In this document: one piece after another, positions 38,601 to 51,057 of the stretch
Position numbering within the stretch: position 1 is the first letter of the stretch
Layout: each line of letters opens with the position of its first letter
Assembly: GCA_032718475.1 (NCBI GenBank)
Contig: JAUCBJ010003953.1
Coordinates: 1-64,000 of the forward strand
From: Nemertoderma westbladi
Lineage: Eukaryota; Animalia; Xenacoelomorpha
Length of the DNA: 64,000 nucleotides
Reading direction: 5' to 3'
Notes under the pieces: model-generated
The model's database searches: none
Seen by the model: only the letters and a program-made list of their open reading frames with translations
Told to the model about the DNA's origin: nothing
Program-made: the position numbers and the translations under genes

Positions 38601-40596
38601 AGGAGTCATCCTTGTGAGGGTGGTGTTGGGCTGTAAGAAGGAGTCATACATGTGAGGGTGGTGTTGGGCTGTAAGAAGGAGTCATACTTGTGAGGGTGGT
38701 GTTGGGGTGTACGAAGGAGTCATACATGTGAGGGTGGTGTTGGGCTGTAAGAAGGAGTCATACATGTGAGGGTGGTGTTGGGCTGTAAGAAGGAGTCATA
38801 CATGTGAGGGTGGTGTTGGGCTGTAAGAAGGAGTCATACTTGTGAGGGTGGTGTTGGGGTGTACGAAGGAGTCATACATGTGAGGGTGGTGTTGGTGTGT
38901 AAGAAGGAGTCATACATGTGAGGGTGGTGTTGGGCTGTAAGAAGGAGTCATACATGTGAGGGTGGTGTTGGGCTGTAAGAAGGAGTCATACATGTGAGGG
39001 TGGTGTTGGGCTGAAAGAAGGAGTCATACATGTGATGGTGGTGTTGGGCTATAAGAATGAGTCATACATGTGAGGGTGGTGTTGGGCTGTAAGAAGAAGT
39101 CATCCTTGTGAGGGTGGTGTTGGTGTTGGGCTGTAAGAAGGAGTCATACTTGTGAGGGTGGTGTTGAGCTGTAAGAAGGAGTCATACATGTGAGGGTGGT
39201 GTTGGGGTGTAAGAAGGAGTCATACATGTGAGGGTGGTGTTGGGCTGTAAGAAGGAGTCATACTTGTGAGGGTGGTGTTGGGGTGTACGAAGGAGTCATA
39301 CATGTGAGGGTGGTGTTGGGGTGTAAGAAGGAGTCATCCTTGTGAGGGTGGTGTTGGGCTGTAAGAAGGAGTCATACATGTGAGGGTGGTGTTGGTGTGT
39401 AAGAAGGAGTCATACTTGTGAGGGTGGTGTTGGGGTGTACGAAGGAGTCATACATGTGAGGGTGGTGTTGGGGTGTAAGAAGGAGTCATCCTTGTGAGGG
39501 TGGTGTTGGGCTGTAAGAAGGAGTCATACATGTGAGGGTGGTGTTGGTGTTGGGCTATAAGAAGGAGTCATACATGTGAGGGTGGTGTTGGGCTGAAAGA
39601 AGGAGTCATACATGTGATGGTGGTGTTGGGCTATAAGAATGAGTCATACATGTGAGGGTGGTGTTGGGCTGTAAGAAGGAGTCATCCTTGTGAGGGTGGT
39701 GTTGGTGTTGGGCTGTAAGAAGGAGTCATACATGTGAGGGTGGTGTTGGGCTGTAAGAAGAAGTCATACATGTGAGGGTGGTATTGGGGTGTAAGAAGGA
39801 GTCATACATGTGATGGTGGTGTTGGGCTGTAAGAATGAGTCATACATGTGAGGGTGGTGTTGGGCTGTAAGAAGGAATCATCCTTGTGAGGGTGGTGTTG
39901 GTGTTGGGCTGTAAGAAGGAGTCATACATGTGAGGGTGGTGTTGGGCTGTAAGAAGAAGTCATACATGTGAGGGTGGTGTTGGTGTGTAAGAAGGAGTCA
40001 TACATGTGAGGGTGGTGTTGGGCTGTAAGAAGGAGTCATACTTGTGAGGGTGGTGTTGGGCTGTAAGAAGAAGTCATCCTTGTGAGGGTGGTGTTGGGCT
40101 GTAAGAAGGAGTCATACATGTGAGGGTGGTGTTGGGCTGTAAGAAGGAGTCATCCTTGTGAGGGTGGTGTTGGGTTGTTAGAAGGAGTCATACATGTGAG
40201 GGTGGTGTTGGGCTGTAAGAATGAGTCATACATGTGAGGGTGGTGTTGGGCAGTAAGAAGGAGTCATACATGTGAGGGTGGTGTTGGGCTGTAAGAAGGA
40301 GTCATACATGTGAGGGTGGTGTTGGGGTGTAAGAAGGAGTCATCCTTGTGAGGGTGGTGTTGGGCTGTAAGAATGAGTCATACATGTGAGGGTGGTGTTG
40401 GGCAGTAAGAAGGAGTCATACATGTGAGGGTGGTGTTGGGCTGTAAGAAGGAGTCATACATGTGAGGGTGGTGTTGGTGTTGGGCAGTGAGAAGGAGTCA
40501 TACATGTGAGGGTGGTGTTGGGGTGTAAGAAGGAGTCATACATGTGAGGGTGGTGTTGGGCTGTAAGAAGGAGTCATACATGTGAGGGTGGTGTTG
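29615..40596. repeat. 11-kb G-rich satellite, 38-bp unit TGTGAGGGTGGTGTTGGGCTGTAAGAAGGAGTCATACA, about 285 copies, with 44-bp and 35-bp variants and higher-order structure
   Basis: Direct tandem periodicity; 120-bp and 234-bp higher-order periods are visible. Confidence 0.98.
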
Positions 40597-40857
40597 CAGT
40601 GTCCGAGTGGATATGGCGCCTGAACTGCTTACACAATAGTGTTTGGTGGCGCAGGTTCGAATCCGACTAAAGGCTGTAGAAATTTCGCACTGTTGTGTCC
40701 CTAGGCAAGACACTTTAGACATTAGTGCCTACGTCAACCCAGCGGTATAATGGGAACCTGGCTTTGCTGGGGTAATGATAATAAAAGCGCTTTGAGTATG
40801 CCGAGCATAATAAAGCGCTATATAAATAACCAATATTATTATTATTATTATTATTAT
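40593..40857 (+). mobile_element. tRNA-derived CORE-type SINE with L2-like 3' tail and (ATT)n end
   Basis: A box TGTCCGAGTGG (40600), B box GGTTCGAATCC (40654), CORE-like TGTGTCCCTAGGCAAGACACTT (40694), and tail AAAGCGCTTTGAG...AAAGCGCTATATAAAT followed by (ATT)n. Confidence 0.88.
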
Positions 40858-41796
40858 GTATGATACTTGTCATACTTGTGATATTAGTCATCGTGGACAG
40901 ATAAAGTGTGTTCTTGACTTCTTGGTAAATGGGAAAAGTAATTATCTGTTCCCTAATTATGTCCCTTAATTATTATAGGATATTCAGGATAGTAATCGAT
41001 TTTTTCTCAAAGCGTGATGGAGGCTATTCAAAAAATATATTCAATTCAGTTCAAATCATTTGTGTAGTACGGATAGTGCAGAGCGAGCAACTTTCCAATG
41101 CCTGTATCTCCACGCTATATATCTCAAAGAAATTCAGATATTTTTATAGATTTAGAATTCTAGAGATTTTATCAGTATTATTTTGTACTAAAAATATTTT
41201 ATTCTAAAATTGTAACATTACTCAACGCCGTTAGTATTAACAGCGAGTTGATATTTTACACTTTACAACTTTAGAGGACATTACAGCATTGTATTGGCCT
41301 GTACATTTAGTATTGAATTGGTGTTGTAATGTCCCGACCGCGAGCTGTAATGTTACGGCGTCATTCGTTACCACGTAAACAATAGGTGGTATTTATTATT
41401 AATTGCCTGACAGCCAGATAGGCCTACTGCATTACCTACCGTTAGCTATTAATAACCAGTAGCTATAAACTATTAACATGGCTCAAAACGCCACCATAAA
41501 TATAAGCTAACTTATTTATAACATAATTTATTTGCGATTCTGATCTTCGTGGCTTTATTTTCACTCACTCACTAACAATGTTCGTTCTCATTCATGTAAC
41601 AAAGCACTCAGATCATCACACTGTAAAGTGCTACTTTACACACAAGTATGTAAATAGTTATTATTATATTTATTTCAGAAATGATGACTCACTTTTACTC
41701 ATCTAGGAAAAGTATAATATCTAGATAGTTAATATTAAATACAAACAGTAATACTTAGTTTCTGGAGTTGTTCTCGTGCTGCGCGAAATTCCTGCG

Positions 41797-41884
41797 AACT
41801 TCTACCTAAGCCTATATTATACACCTAATGTGCGTCCGTAACTTCTACCTAAGCCTATATTATACACCTAATGTGCGTCCGTAA
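41797..41884. repeat. Perfect 43-bp tandem duplication
   Basis: AACTTCTACCTAAGCCTATATTATACACCTAATGTGCGTCCGT occurs at 41797 and 41840. Confidence 0.92.
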
Positions 41885-42469
41885 CAAATATTCAATAATA
41901 TACATTTAATGAGATTCGTGATACGAAGTTCATTACCCGAATTTTAAAGTAATGGTGGCATATTATGATGAAAATATACAAACAAATTATTTTCCTGGTA
42001 GAACCCTTTTAGCCTGAGGTGATTTTATGTCAGTGTATGTGAAGGATGATTCACGGAAAATAACGAATTTGTTACCGTGGAACTGTCAAAACACTCCCAA
42101 GACGTTGACGCTAATTTAGGTGGAGTTACTCATCACTATTACGCTAACTTTGTCAAAAAACAGCACTTACGCGCATTGTTGATATGTTATCATCATTATA
42201 AATATGATGATATCATATTAAACCTAATACGTAAGCCTAAGATGTTCCATTGATCCATTGAATAGAAACTGTCTCTCGTCATCTCAAACTATCATAAACA
42301 GATACAGTAGGGTTGAGCACAGCGACTGTATAGATGATGGTATTGACAGTTGGAACATCATGAGGATGTAAATTGGGACATACAAGGATTCAGGGATTTT
42401 TAGGTCTTTTAGATGAGCCGCTATCAGAATTTATATAAATGAATAAACGAAATTTATATTATGAAACTA

Positions 42470-42641
42470 CCCATTCGCCCTGAGGAGTTAGGCAGCCAGT
42501 GATTCTGGGAGCCCATTCGCCCTGAGGAGTTAGGCAGCCAGTGATTCTGGGAGCCCATTCGCCCTGAGGAGTTAGGCAGCCAGTGATTCTGGGAGCCCAT
42601 TCGCCCTGAGGAGTTAGGCACCCTATAGTGATTCTGGGAGC
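42470..42641. repeat. Minisatellite, 42-bp unit CCCATTCGCCCTGAGGAGTTAGGCAGCCAGTGATTCTGGGAG, about 4 copies
   Basis: Direct tandem periodicity; the ORF track shows a 14-aa repeat. Confidence 0.93.
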
Positions 42642-44424
42642 ACTCCAAAGTCATAAAGTAAAGTGTATCCGTAAAGGTGCTTGGCTGGATTTGTGAATTT
42701 CTTCGATTTCCTAGTCTTTTACACATAAACGCGACGGACATTCGGGCAATATGAAATACGAGCTGCGAATTGGTATACAAATCAATAAAGAGTTATTTGT
42801 AAATCTTCAGATTTACTTACTGTAAGAAAATCGTGTCTGTTTGTTTGTCTGTTTGTCACACGAAAGGCTCCGAAACTATCCGGTCAATTATGTTGTTTTT
42901 AGTACCCTCCTGTAGTGTATGGTCTGAATGGGTGTATAAAGCAATTTTCAGAAAAATACAGTCATTAGTTTTTGCAAAAAATGAAATAAACGAAAAGTGC
43001 CATAGACGCAATGGTAATATAACACCAATAACAGCTGGTGTTCATGATGAAAAAGGGCTTATGTGATGGATTTCTACACAACTACACAGGCTTAGTATAA
43101 ATCGATGAGGTTGCCAAGATTATTGTACTTAGTACACCCACTGTTTGCTTAGGCAGTACCTACTGTCTAAACTCCACTCCCTTACAAATTGTGAAATTCT
43201 GCATAGGGTAGCATTAGTGTGTGTTTAATATTTCATACATCTGATAGCCTTATCAGTAAAGGTATGGGCGAATGTGAATTATTACTAATTCCAGGTGAAT
43301 GAATTTTAGTAATAATGTAGGCCTTCAACTGTAGTTCTACAATAATTGGTGTATAGATTGAATCTGAAGATAGAAGATTTACATATTAAATATAGTAAAT
43401 ATATATATATAATAATATAATGTATATATATTATTTATTTATATATATTATTTATTTATATATATATATTATATAGCCCTCGAATCAGGGATTGAATGTA
43501 ATTATTTCTAGTCGGTGCCGAGGTAGATTTATTCCCACTTGTCCTAAATTTAATCGATTTAATCCCACAACAACTCGGCCACTTGGCTGTGGTGAGGAGA
43601 GAAGGCAACTTAGAATTATAGATTCAAAGAATGTGTTTAGCATAGGAGGGTTGGGGTGGGGGTTACTTAACTGCTTATATCTGGGCAAAACACTTGGAAA
43701 GAGTGAAGGCGGCAAATGCCTACAGGAAAAGAGTGGTATTACTAATTAAATTGTACTGTGAGATTGCCACAGGGATTGGGAAGCAGATAGTTGGCCGTGA
43801 ACCGGCAGCGGACATGAATAGCTGTCATCCATCACGTCATCCCTTCTCCAGACTCCCTTGCAAGGAGAGGAACACTTAGGACCATCCCCTTCTTGTAGAG
43901 GTTAGTTAAGGTTTCAAGGTCCAATATGGCCACTAATTAAATTCAAACAGATTGGCGTAAACTTCCTTAGATTATCTTTCGCAACTTATTATTGGCATAG
44001 ATAGAGAGGCCGTCGCTTCCACGTCATATCTATAATAGAGTTAGGCAGTACTGGCTAACTATTAAATCAGTTGCTGTCTGCGCGAGTGGGCGCAAACTAA
44101 GTAATTAGTTTCAATGGTAATTGTAACTGAATTGAACTAAACTGTAATCCGTGCCAAATTAAGCAAAAATATTATTATATTCCACCTTATATTCTTGACT
44201 CATGATGCCACATATTCTATTACTAAACATGAGGAAAATTTACTATCGCTTTGCAATATTGCTACACTATAGCTGTTTCCTTTATTCCATTTGGAATATT
44301 TAAACAACACAAAATTATCTTATCAAATATGAGGTGTATGTGATTGAAGATAGTAATTGAGAATTGTGAAAGTTGAGAAGAATTTTAAAGTAAATTGATC
44401 ACTGGGATTTTATTGTTAAATATT

Positions 44425-44545
44425 TTATTGTTAAAAAACACCGCCACTGTAAACCTCCCCTGCCCCTTATCGCTTTAAATTAAATTAATTATTAAACCAA
44501 CTGAACACATTCTTGGTGTTCGCGGCCATTTCGCGCCATTAACTC
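44425..44545 (-). mobile_element. Partial inverted copy of the MITE at 46014-46210
   Basis: Its reverse complement TTAATGGCGCGAAATGGCCGCGAACACCAA...TTAATTTAATTTAAA...GGCAGGGGAGGTTTACAG aligns with 46024-46135. Confidence 0.55.
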
Positions 44546-45420
44546 AATATTGTAAATGTGCAATAATCTATAACCCACATGTTCGCCGCTGATAAAGTTT
44601 ACGCATTTGATGATATAACAGATTCTTCTAAATTACTGTTTATAAATCTGGGATATTTCACCTCAGATATCTTCAACCCAAATTCCAGTCCGATTTATTA
44701 ACAAAGAATGACGTCATTACAAATATTACGTTGATATTTGTTACATTAACGAGAGCGTAATGTAAAACAACAACAACAACAACAACACCAACAACACTAT
44801 CATATTTATACAATAGGCCTACATACAATACAAAAACATATGTTAACACTTTATATAAGTCACCATAAAATATAGTTAATGGAAAGAAGATAATATTTCA
44901 AAGCTAGAATGGAAATGTTTTAACTACAGTATGTCAGAAAAAAAATATGTTGTAGACGCCTAGGTGATAGTAGGCCCCTAGTCGTTTTTAGTGGAGAAAA
45001 AGTTATTGCCAGATATTAATTTCGTTTCGGAAGATAGAAAATAGTCTAGAATCTCAAATCTGCGAATAAATTTGAAGTCATTACGAACATAGAAGTGGGC
45101 GTTCAAAATGGCCAGGTATATCGCACCATTACCAAACCTTACCAAAAATTTTAATTTTAATTTATTTTCTATTTTCTGTATTTCTATTAGATTTCCTTTA
45201 GGTCACTTTTTGGGACTAGGACGTATTTGGGAATGGTTTTTCAAACCTGTAAATATTCTGCCCATATTCTTATAAAAACATAAAATTAAAAATGTTTTAA
45301 AATGTTAAACTTATCGAAAATAATTATTTTACTATCTGACTATCGCGGATCTTTTACTATCAAGGTGGAATGTATTATTTTAGTTTCTTTTCTATTAAAT
45401 CAATAAAGATCAGATTCCGA

Positions 45421-45795
45421 GTCAATGGGTACATCGAGTCAAAGAGTAGTACAACAGGTCAAAGTGAACAGCAACCATGTCAAAGGGTACAAATATTATA
45501 GAAAGGGTACAACAACATTATTGCCATTAACGGCCCTTCGGGCCTAGATGGCAATAATGTCAGAAACTCCGCTAAATTTCTGATGATTATGACTTAGGGT
45601 TAGGGTTGTCATGACAGTCAACATGACAGTTTTAATTATTGTTGTGGCCTCACCAACTAACCCTAACCAAAATAATAAACGAACTAAATAACCGCCTGTT
45701 ACGTACCCTTTGACCGCCTGGTTGTACCCTTTGTACACTTTCATGTTGTACCCTTTGACTCGTTTTGTCCCCTTTGTCTCGTTTTTCCCATTGAC
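45421..45795. mobile_element. MITE with inverted subterminal GTCAAAGGGTACAAC repeats and internal telomere-like hexamers
   Basis: Left GTCAATGGG/GTCAAAGGGTAC units, right GTACCCTTTGAC/CCCATTGAC units. TTAGGGTTAGGGTT at 45594 and CTAACCCTAACC at 45657. Confidence 0.75.
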
Positions 45796-46013
45796 CTAAA
45801 GCGTAAAGATCAATGTAACTGAATGCTGCGAATTTTGACGTCAAAACGCTATTAAATTACCAGAGGTCGATCAAGGACCCTTGAAGTGTTAACCAGTATA
45901 AAATACATTAGGAATAAGAAATTAAGTCAAATATAGATATCAATGTTTAAAAGAGAAAAACTATCAGTCAAAATTATATTAGAAATGTTTCACGAAAATA
46001 GAAACAAAATTAA

Positions 46014-46210
46014 AATTCCGGATTTAATGGCGCAAAAAGACCGCAATCACCAACTACATATTACGTGTTTAGTTTAAATATTTAATTAATTTAATTTAAA
46101 ACATTAAAGGCAAGGAATAGGTCGCCGTGTGGTGGAGTTTTCTAACCAAAACAATAACGAAACAACTTTATTTCACTTGCGGTCAATTTTGCGCCACTAT
46201 CTGAAATTCC
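46014..46210. mobile_element. Small MITE with the shared internal core motif
   Basis: TGGCGCAAAAAGACCGCAA (46028) vs TTGCGGTCAATTTTGCGCCA (ending 46196); internal TTTTCTAACCAAAACAATAACG. Confidence 0.75.
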
Positions 46211-46246
46211 GTCGCTTGAGGGAATGACTTACACTACTGTAAGGCC

Positions 46247-47304
46247 GGATAGGTGAAATTTGTGACAATACTATGCACTTAAGCAATAATATGCACCTTG
46301 CTACTACTACATTGCATTGGCTCAATCGTTTATTAACTGTGAATATTAATTTTATTTATTCTTAACGTTGTCAGGTCAGGTCAGGTATTCTAGGTCATTG
46401 ATCAAGAAAACTTGCCACCTCCATGCAGCATAAAGGAGGTGCCACCTGTAGCTGCATAGACCCTCTTACTAGGGCAAATCTGGTCCTGTAACTAGGACCC
46501 CCTTCGTTCTGGGATAAGGACGCCCTTGGTCCTGGATTAAGGACCCATATACTTGGCTGCAGGGGTATATGGCCTGACCAGGCAGATGGTGATCTACCAA
46601 TGGCTGGTTAGGAGTAGAGTGTTCTCATGTCCACTCTGAGGGCACTTCACTGCGACCTGCACCTGGCAGCAAGGGTACAGGGCATGACCCAGCAGATGAG
46701 CTGCAACAGCCAATGGTGGGTCATGTACGCCAGAGTAGATATGGGTGATGGGCCTCATATCTGACTCCATTGCGACACCCACCCTGTGGAATGGCAAACC
46801 AGGGTGTGGTATTTGCCCCGAGAGTCCTAGTTGTGCTAATCTAGTAACCGCATTTTTACAGTTTTATTTATATGTCAGTTTATCTGATTAAATACATTGA
46901 ATACAAATACCTAAAAAGGTGAAAACAGTCAGCCACAGTCAAAAAATGGTTTCCATTATCAAAAATGGCCATAAACAATGTGAATAATAGTAGATCGCAG
47001 TCCTCGACGGCAAGTCGTAGGAAAACAGTCAAACATCTGGTGACAACACACAAAATGTCACTCTAAATCATGAATTCAGTATTCTGGAATACAGCAATAC
47101 TGCTTACCAGTTAGGCCTACACTATTGTATATGTAGTTTATGGATTTTTTTCAACCGTTGTCCGTCCTTCCCGTTTACTTTTAGGACTGCGATCTACTAT
47201 TATTCACATTGTTTATGGCCATTTTTGATAATGGAAACCATTTTTTTTTACTGTGGCTGACTGTTGTCACCGTTTTTAGGTATTGTCACAAACTCCACCT
47301 ATCC
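46247..47304. mobile_element. Mutator (MULE)-like MITE with long TIRs and a 9-bp TSD, interrupted by a nested insertion
   Basis: TSD TGTAAGGCC at 46238-46246 and 47305-47313. Ends are GGATAGGTG.AATTTGTGACAATAC and GTATTGTCACAAACTCCACCTATCC. The rest of the left TIR resumes at 46906 and pairs with 47182-47284. Confidence 0.88.
46370..46835 (-). mobile_element. Probable 3' fragment of an RTE-like LINE with a (CCTGA)n tail
   Basis: GC-rich block that ends on the minus strand in (CCTGA)3. The minus translation has ESDMRPITHI...HLLGHAL, resembling the RTE ORF C-terminal region. Degenerate. Confidence 0.45.
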
Positions 47305-47443
47305 TGTAAGGCCTAACTTTTAAATAAAACAACAAAAAACCTATAAAACATTTCAGTAAATAATAGTATGGTTATTATTTATACATTATTACATTTGATA
47401 ATAATAACGCGGGAATGATTGTGATTACTGTAGCTACAATTAT

Positions 47444-48781
47444 TCAAAAAAGTTTCTCGGAATAATCAACATCACTCCGAGGCCAAAAAATAATCCAATA
47501 AATCGCCTTCAAGGAGAAGAATGTGATTGGGAAGCAGAATCGACTGTATTGGTCGATACGGGCAACTGAAATCCGTAATCTGGAACCAGCGAGAGGATCG
47601 GTCCGCCCGAATATCGCCTCCTTCAGGCGGTTCCAAGGCGAATCCTCGAGCGCCTCTAGTCTACGTCGGAAGTCGACGCTCCGTACCGAATCGACGCCAA
47701 GTGTTTTCGGTTTAGTCCCGGGGGGAGCGTCAGTTTCTTTGGCCGCAACCTTCTTCTCTTGAATCTCAAGGAAACAGACAGTTCCGAACTCAATGAGAGT
47801 CGCGAATACAAATAGAAAACACCCGGCGTAATACAAGTCGATGGCCTTCATGTAGGATATCTTCGGCATGTTGCTGTTTGTTGAGTTCATGAGAGTCAAA
47901 ATGGTGAGAACCGCCGTGATTCCGAGGGCGGCCCGCGCCGGGATCGAGCTCTGCCCCACCCAGAAAGTCACCCACGAGAGAACAACAATCAACGTGCTGG
48001 GCACGTACATCTGTATGATGAAGTAGAGGGTGTTCCTACCGAATACAAACTCTGCGCGGAGGGTGGGCCACGAGCCAGTGCTGAGATTACGAATGAACAT
48101 CTTGTAACTTCTATTGAGCATCTGGTAGTTGGTGAGTTCGACTTTATCGCCCTCAAAGGATATCGGATTTCGATATTTATTGTCGTCGGCGTATTGTGTG
48201 TCTTTCCAGAGGTAAATCAGATCGTCGGAGCTGTATCCGTAGGAGGCTAGACGAACCTCGCACGTCTGTCGATCCATCGGGTAGTACTCCAAGTTCATGA
48301 GACATCCGTTCTTCACAGTCGCTTGAAAACTCATGAGTATCATGCCACTGGGGTGAATACGAACGTAAAAGTTAGGTGACGTCACCGTGTGTAATTCGGC
48401 CCACGTCTCGGAGTGAAAGAACAAGTCCGGAGTCCATATCTGCTGCATCACATCATAGCCAACAACAAGATAGCGACATCCGTCGAAGCTGAGTCTAGGG
48501 TCCATCCAGAACTGCTCAACGAACACGCTCAATTTGAAAGTCATGTCGTACTCAGATATCGGACCCATGTTCACGATATGTATCGTGACGTTGACGACAA
48601 CTGGTTCAAAACCAGCCCCGGGTCGCAATCTTTTGTCGTAGTCCTTTTGATTGAGCAAACTAGTGAGAATTGCACTCTGATCTTCGTATCCATAGCCGCG
48701 ACAGGGATCTAGTGTTTCAACTTCAGTTGCCATCGCTCCCATTTGTTGATAAACAGCTATTACAATTATTAGTGTTTTCAT
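47444..48781 (-). CDS. Cys-loop ligand-gated chloride channel subunit (GABA-A/GlyR/GluCl superfamily), 445 aa, intronless CDS
   Basis: Signal peptide, YDKRLRP, W.D.RL, W.PDLFF, Cys-loop CLMNLEYYPMDRQTC, four TM helices, PAR anion-selectivity motif before M2, PKISYMKAID, and IDQYSRFCFP. Confidence 0.95.
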   Translation of the reverse strand: MKTLIIVIAVYQQMGAMATEVETLDPCRGYGYEDQSAILTSLLNQKDYDKRLRPGAGFEPVVVNVTIHIVNMGPISEYDMTFKLSVFVEQFWMDPRLSFDGCRYLVVGYDVMQQIWTPDLFFHSETWAELHTVTSPNFYVRIHPSGMILMSFQATVKNGCLMNLEYYPMDRQTCEVRLASYGYSSDDLIYLWKDTQYADDNKYRNPISFEGDKVELTNYQMLNRSYKMFIRNLSTGSWPTLRAEFVFGRNTLYFIIQMYVPSTLIVVLSWVTFWVGQSSIPARAALGITAVLTILTLMNSTNSNMPKISYMKAIDLYYAGCFLFVFATLIEFGTVCFLEIQEKKVAAKETDAPPGTKPKTLGVDSVRSVDFRRRLEALEDSPWNRLKEAIFGRTDPLAGSRLRISVARIDQYSRFCFPITFFSLKAIYWIIFWPRSDVDYSEKLF

Positions 48782-51057
48782 CTCTGATTATTATATTTTA
48801 TGTCTATAGGATATTTTGGGAATTGTCATTTACCAGCGTAGCATCATTGTCTACCTAGATAGGGAAAAAAACCTAAGAAAAAAGTTGACAAACGAAGCAT
48901 GCTTGTTAACAGACCCAGGATAATTCATGCGTGGCCACTAAAGAGCACAAACAGTGGATGCAACAATAACAGAAACCAAATGTTATCAATGAACAGCATA
49001 ATTGTAATAAAACCATTCAATGGCTTCCTAGAATCATTTTCCTACAGCAAATGGATCTGCAAAGAGGATTTATTCACAACAGAACAACGATTGTTATTGC
49101 GTGGGAGAGCCTTGCGGATTACGTATAATGCAGCCGCTACTGTATGCGGGTCAAGAGGAAAACATATTGGAACCATATTGGGGTTGCTCTAAATAAGAAA
49201 CAGATCAATATATAATTATTTTGTCGCCGACGCAAAAACGGAAGAACAACATAAACATTTGGAATAATAATGAATCTTAAAAGAAACATTGCTTTAAAAA
49301 TTGATTTCATATAAATATCATAGTAAATCCAAAATTAAATTGATTTTCTCATATTTAATGAGTTTTATCGATGTGTATTATCATCACGTTTTTTTTCAAT
49401 TATTTGGGATTTTACATTATTTAATTTTTAGACTACTACATAACCCCAAAAGTAACTCAAATATTCTGAAAGATACATAAACAGAGATATGGAAATTATC
49501 ATCGCAAATTAATGATTATATTTCCTTACAAATAAATTTAAGAGAAAGACTAAATTTATTTATAAATAAAACGTAGTGATAGTTGGTAGAATATAACAGG
49601 CAACATCAACTACATGCAACCGGCAACCCAGCCAAACCCAAGCACATCAGACTTATGGTCTGGCGTCTGGAGGTTTAGGCATGGGCGGTGGTACCTCCCC
49701 GGACGAAGGGCTTCTCAGCCGCTCTACCACCTGAGATGTACATCACCTGTACATTGGAACTGTACGGGTTCATCAGAGATATTTACTTTCAGTTTTAGTT
49801 GGATGATGGTTTATCTTCGATAAGAAAAACAGCAAAACTTAGGAAATGTAACTTTACACTGAACCACGTTCAGCGTCGTGAGGCGCAATTATTTATGTTT
49901 CTATCAGAATCTCTGTGTTTCTCTCTTATATTCATTGTTATATCCAACCAATCTCGTATTATTTGTGTTAGTATTTATAATTAAAAGGAGAAAATAAACA
50001 CTATTTTGAATTTACATTATTTTGAAATTCACAACACACGTCACACGAGCCTTGTTTATCGCATGTGCCCCCAAGTTCTTTTATTGCAATTAAAAAGATA
50101 ATTGAAGTTGTATATAACATTTTAGTGGTAGAGCGTTCTTCATCCATTCCGTTTAAACTAATTAATTAATTTTATGAACTATAATGAATTAAGTGAACAT
50201 ATTATTCTAATAACCAATATTGCCTGCCTTCCAATTGAATACATTAGACGCTAGTCCAATTGAATATGGATGAAATGGCTTTTACTGTCATGAATAATTT
50301 ACCTAGAGTTTCAAATAAATCACCGGTCTGATCTGGACACCACTCAGCCACTGTGACGAGGTGAAAACCTACGTTTTGGGGATTTGAATAGAGCAATAAT
50401 TGATTTATTAGAAGGCGCTTACTTTACTATGCAAGGTGTGGTAATACCCACTGGACGGTGCAGTTTTACGTGATGAAATAAAAATTATTGCATCGACATT
50501 TAAGAGATAATTATTAATTTATCTTATCTTATCAATATTATCAATAGTCAACAGTTTGGAAACTGTTTAAACTCTGGAAGCACCACTCTATGTTATGTTA
50601 TTTTAATCTCACACCCACGCAATGCGATGCTACGTCCACAACTTCCATTCCTTCTTTATAAATCATTTGAAGGGTATATCACAAGTAACCTATAACTGCT
50701 ACTGTCTACCGAATAAAAAACTGCACAGTAGTCATGAACTATAGGCACAGTAAGTAAATAAATAATATCATACGTTAATACAAATTAATGATGGAGGTTT
50801 TTCTATGAGAAATAAGTAGTATTATTTATATATATAAAATTTAATTTTTGCATATTACATTGTCTAAAGTTTATAACGCCGGTCCAAAAGCGGTAGAATA
50901 TAGTAGAATATTGTAGAATAAAGGTAACCTATTTAGTATTCACCGTAAATGATCCATTAAAGGATTAAAGGAAATCAGCTGCTGTCTTTGAGGCCTTTGA
51001 CCTGGTTTTATGCATCCATGCAAAGTCAACGTCTCATATTAATTTACGCTGCAGAAA

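Noticed and set aside
45594-45669. Interstitial telomere or telomerase RNA template
   Set aside because: Only about two hexamers in each orientation, lying inside a MITE.
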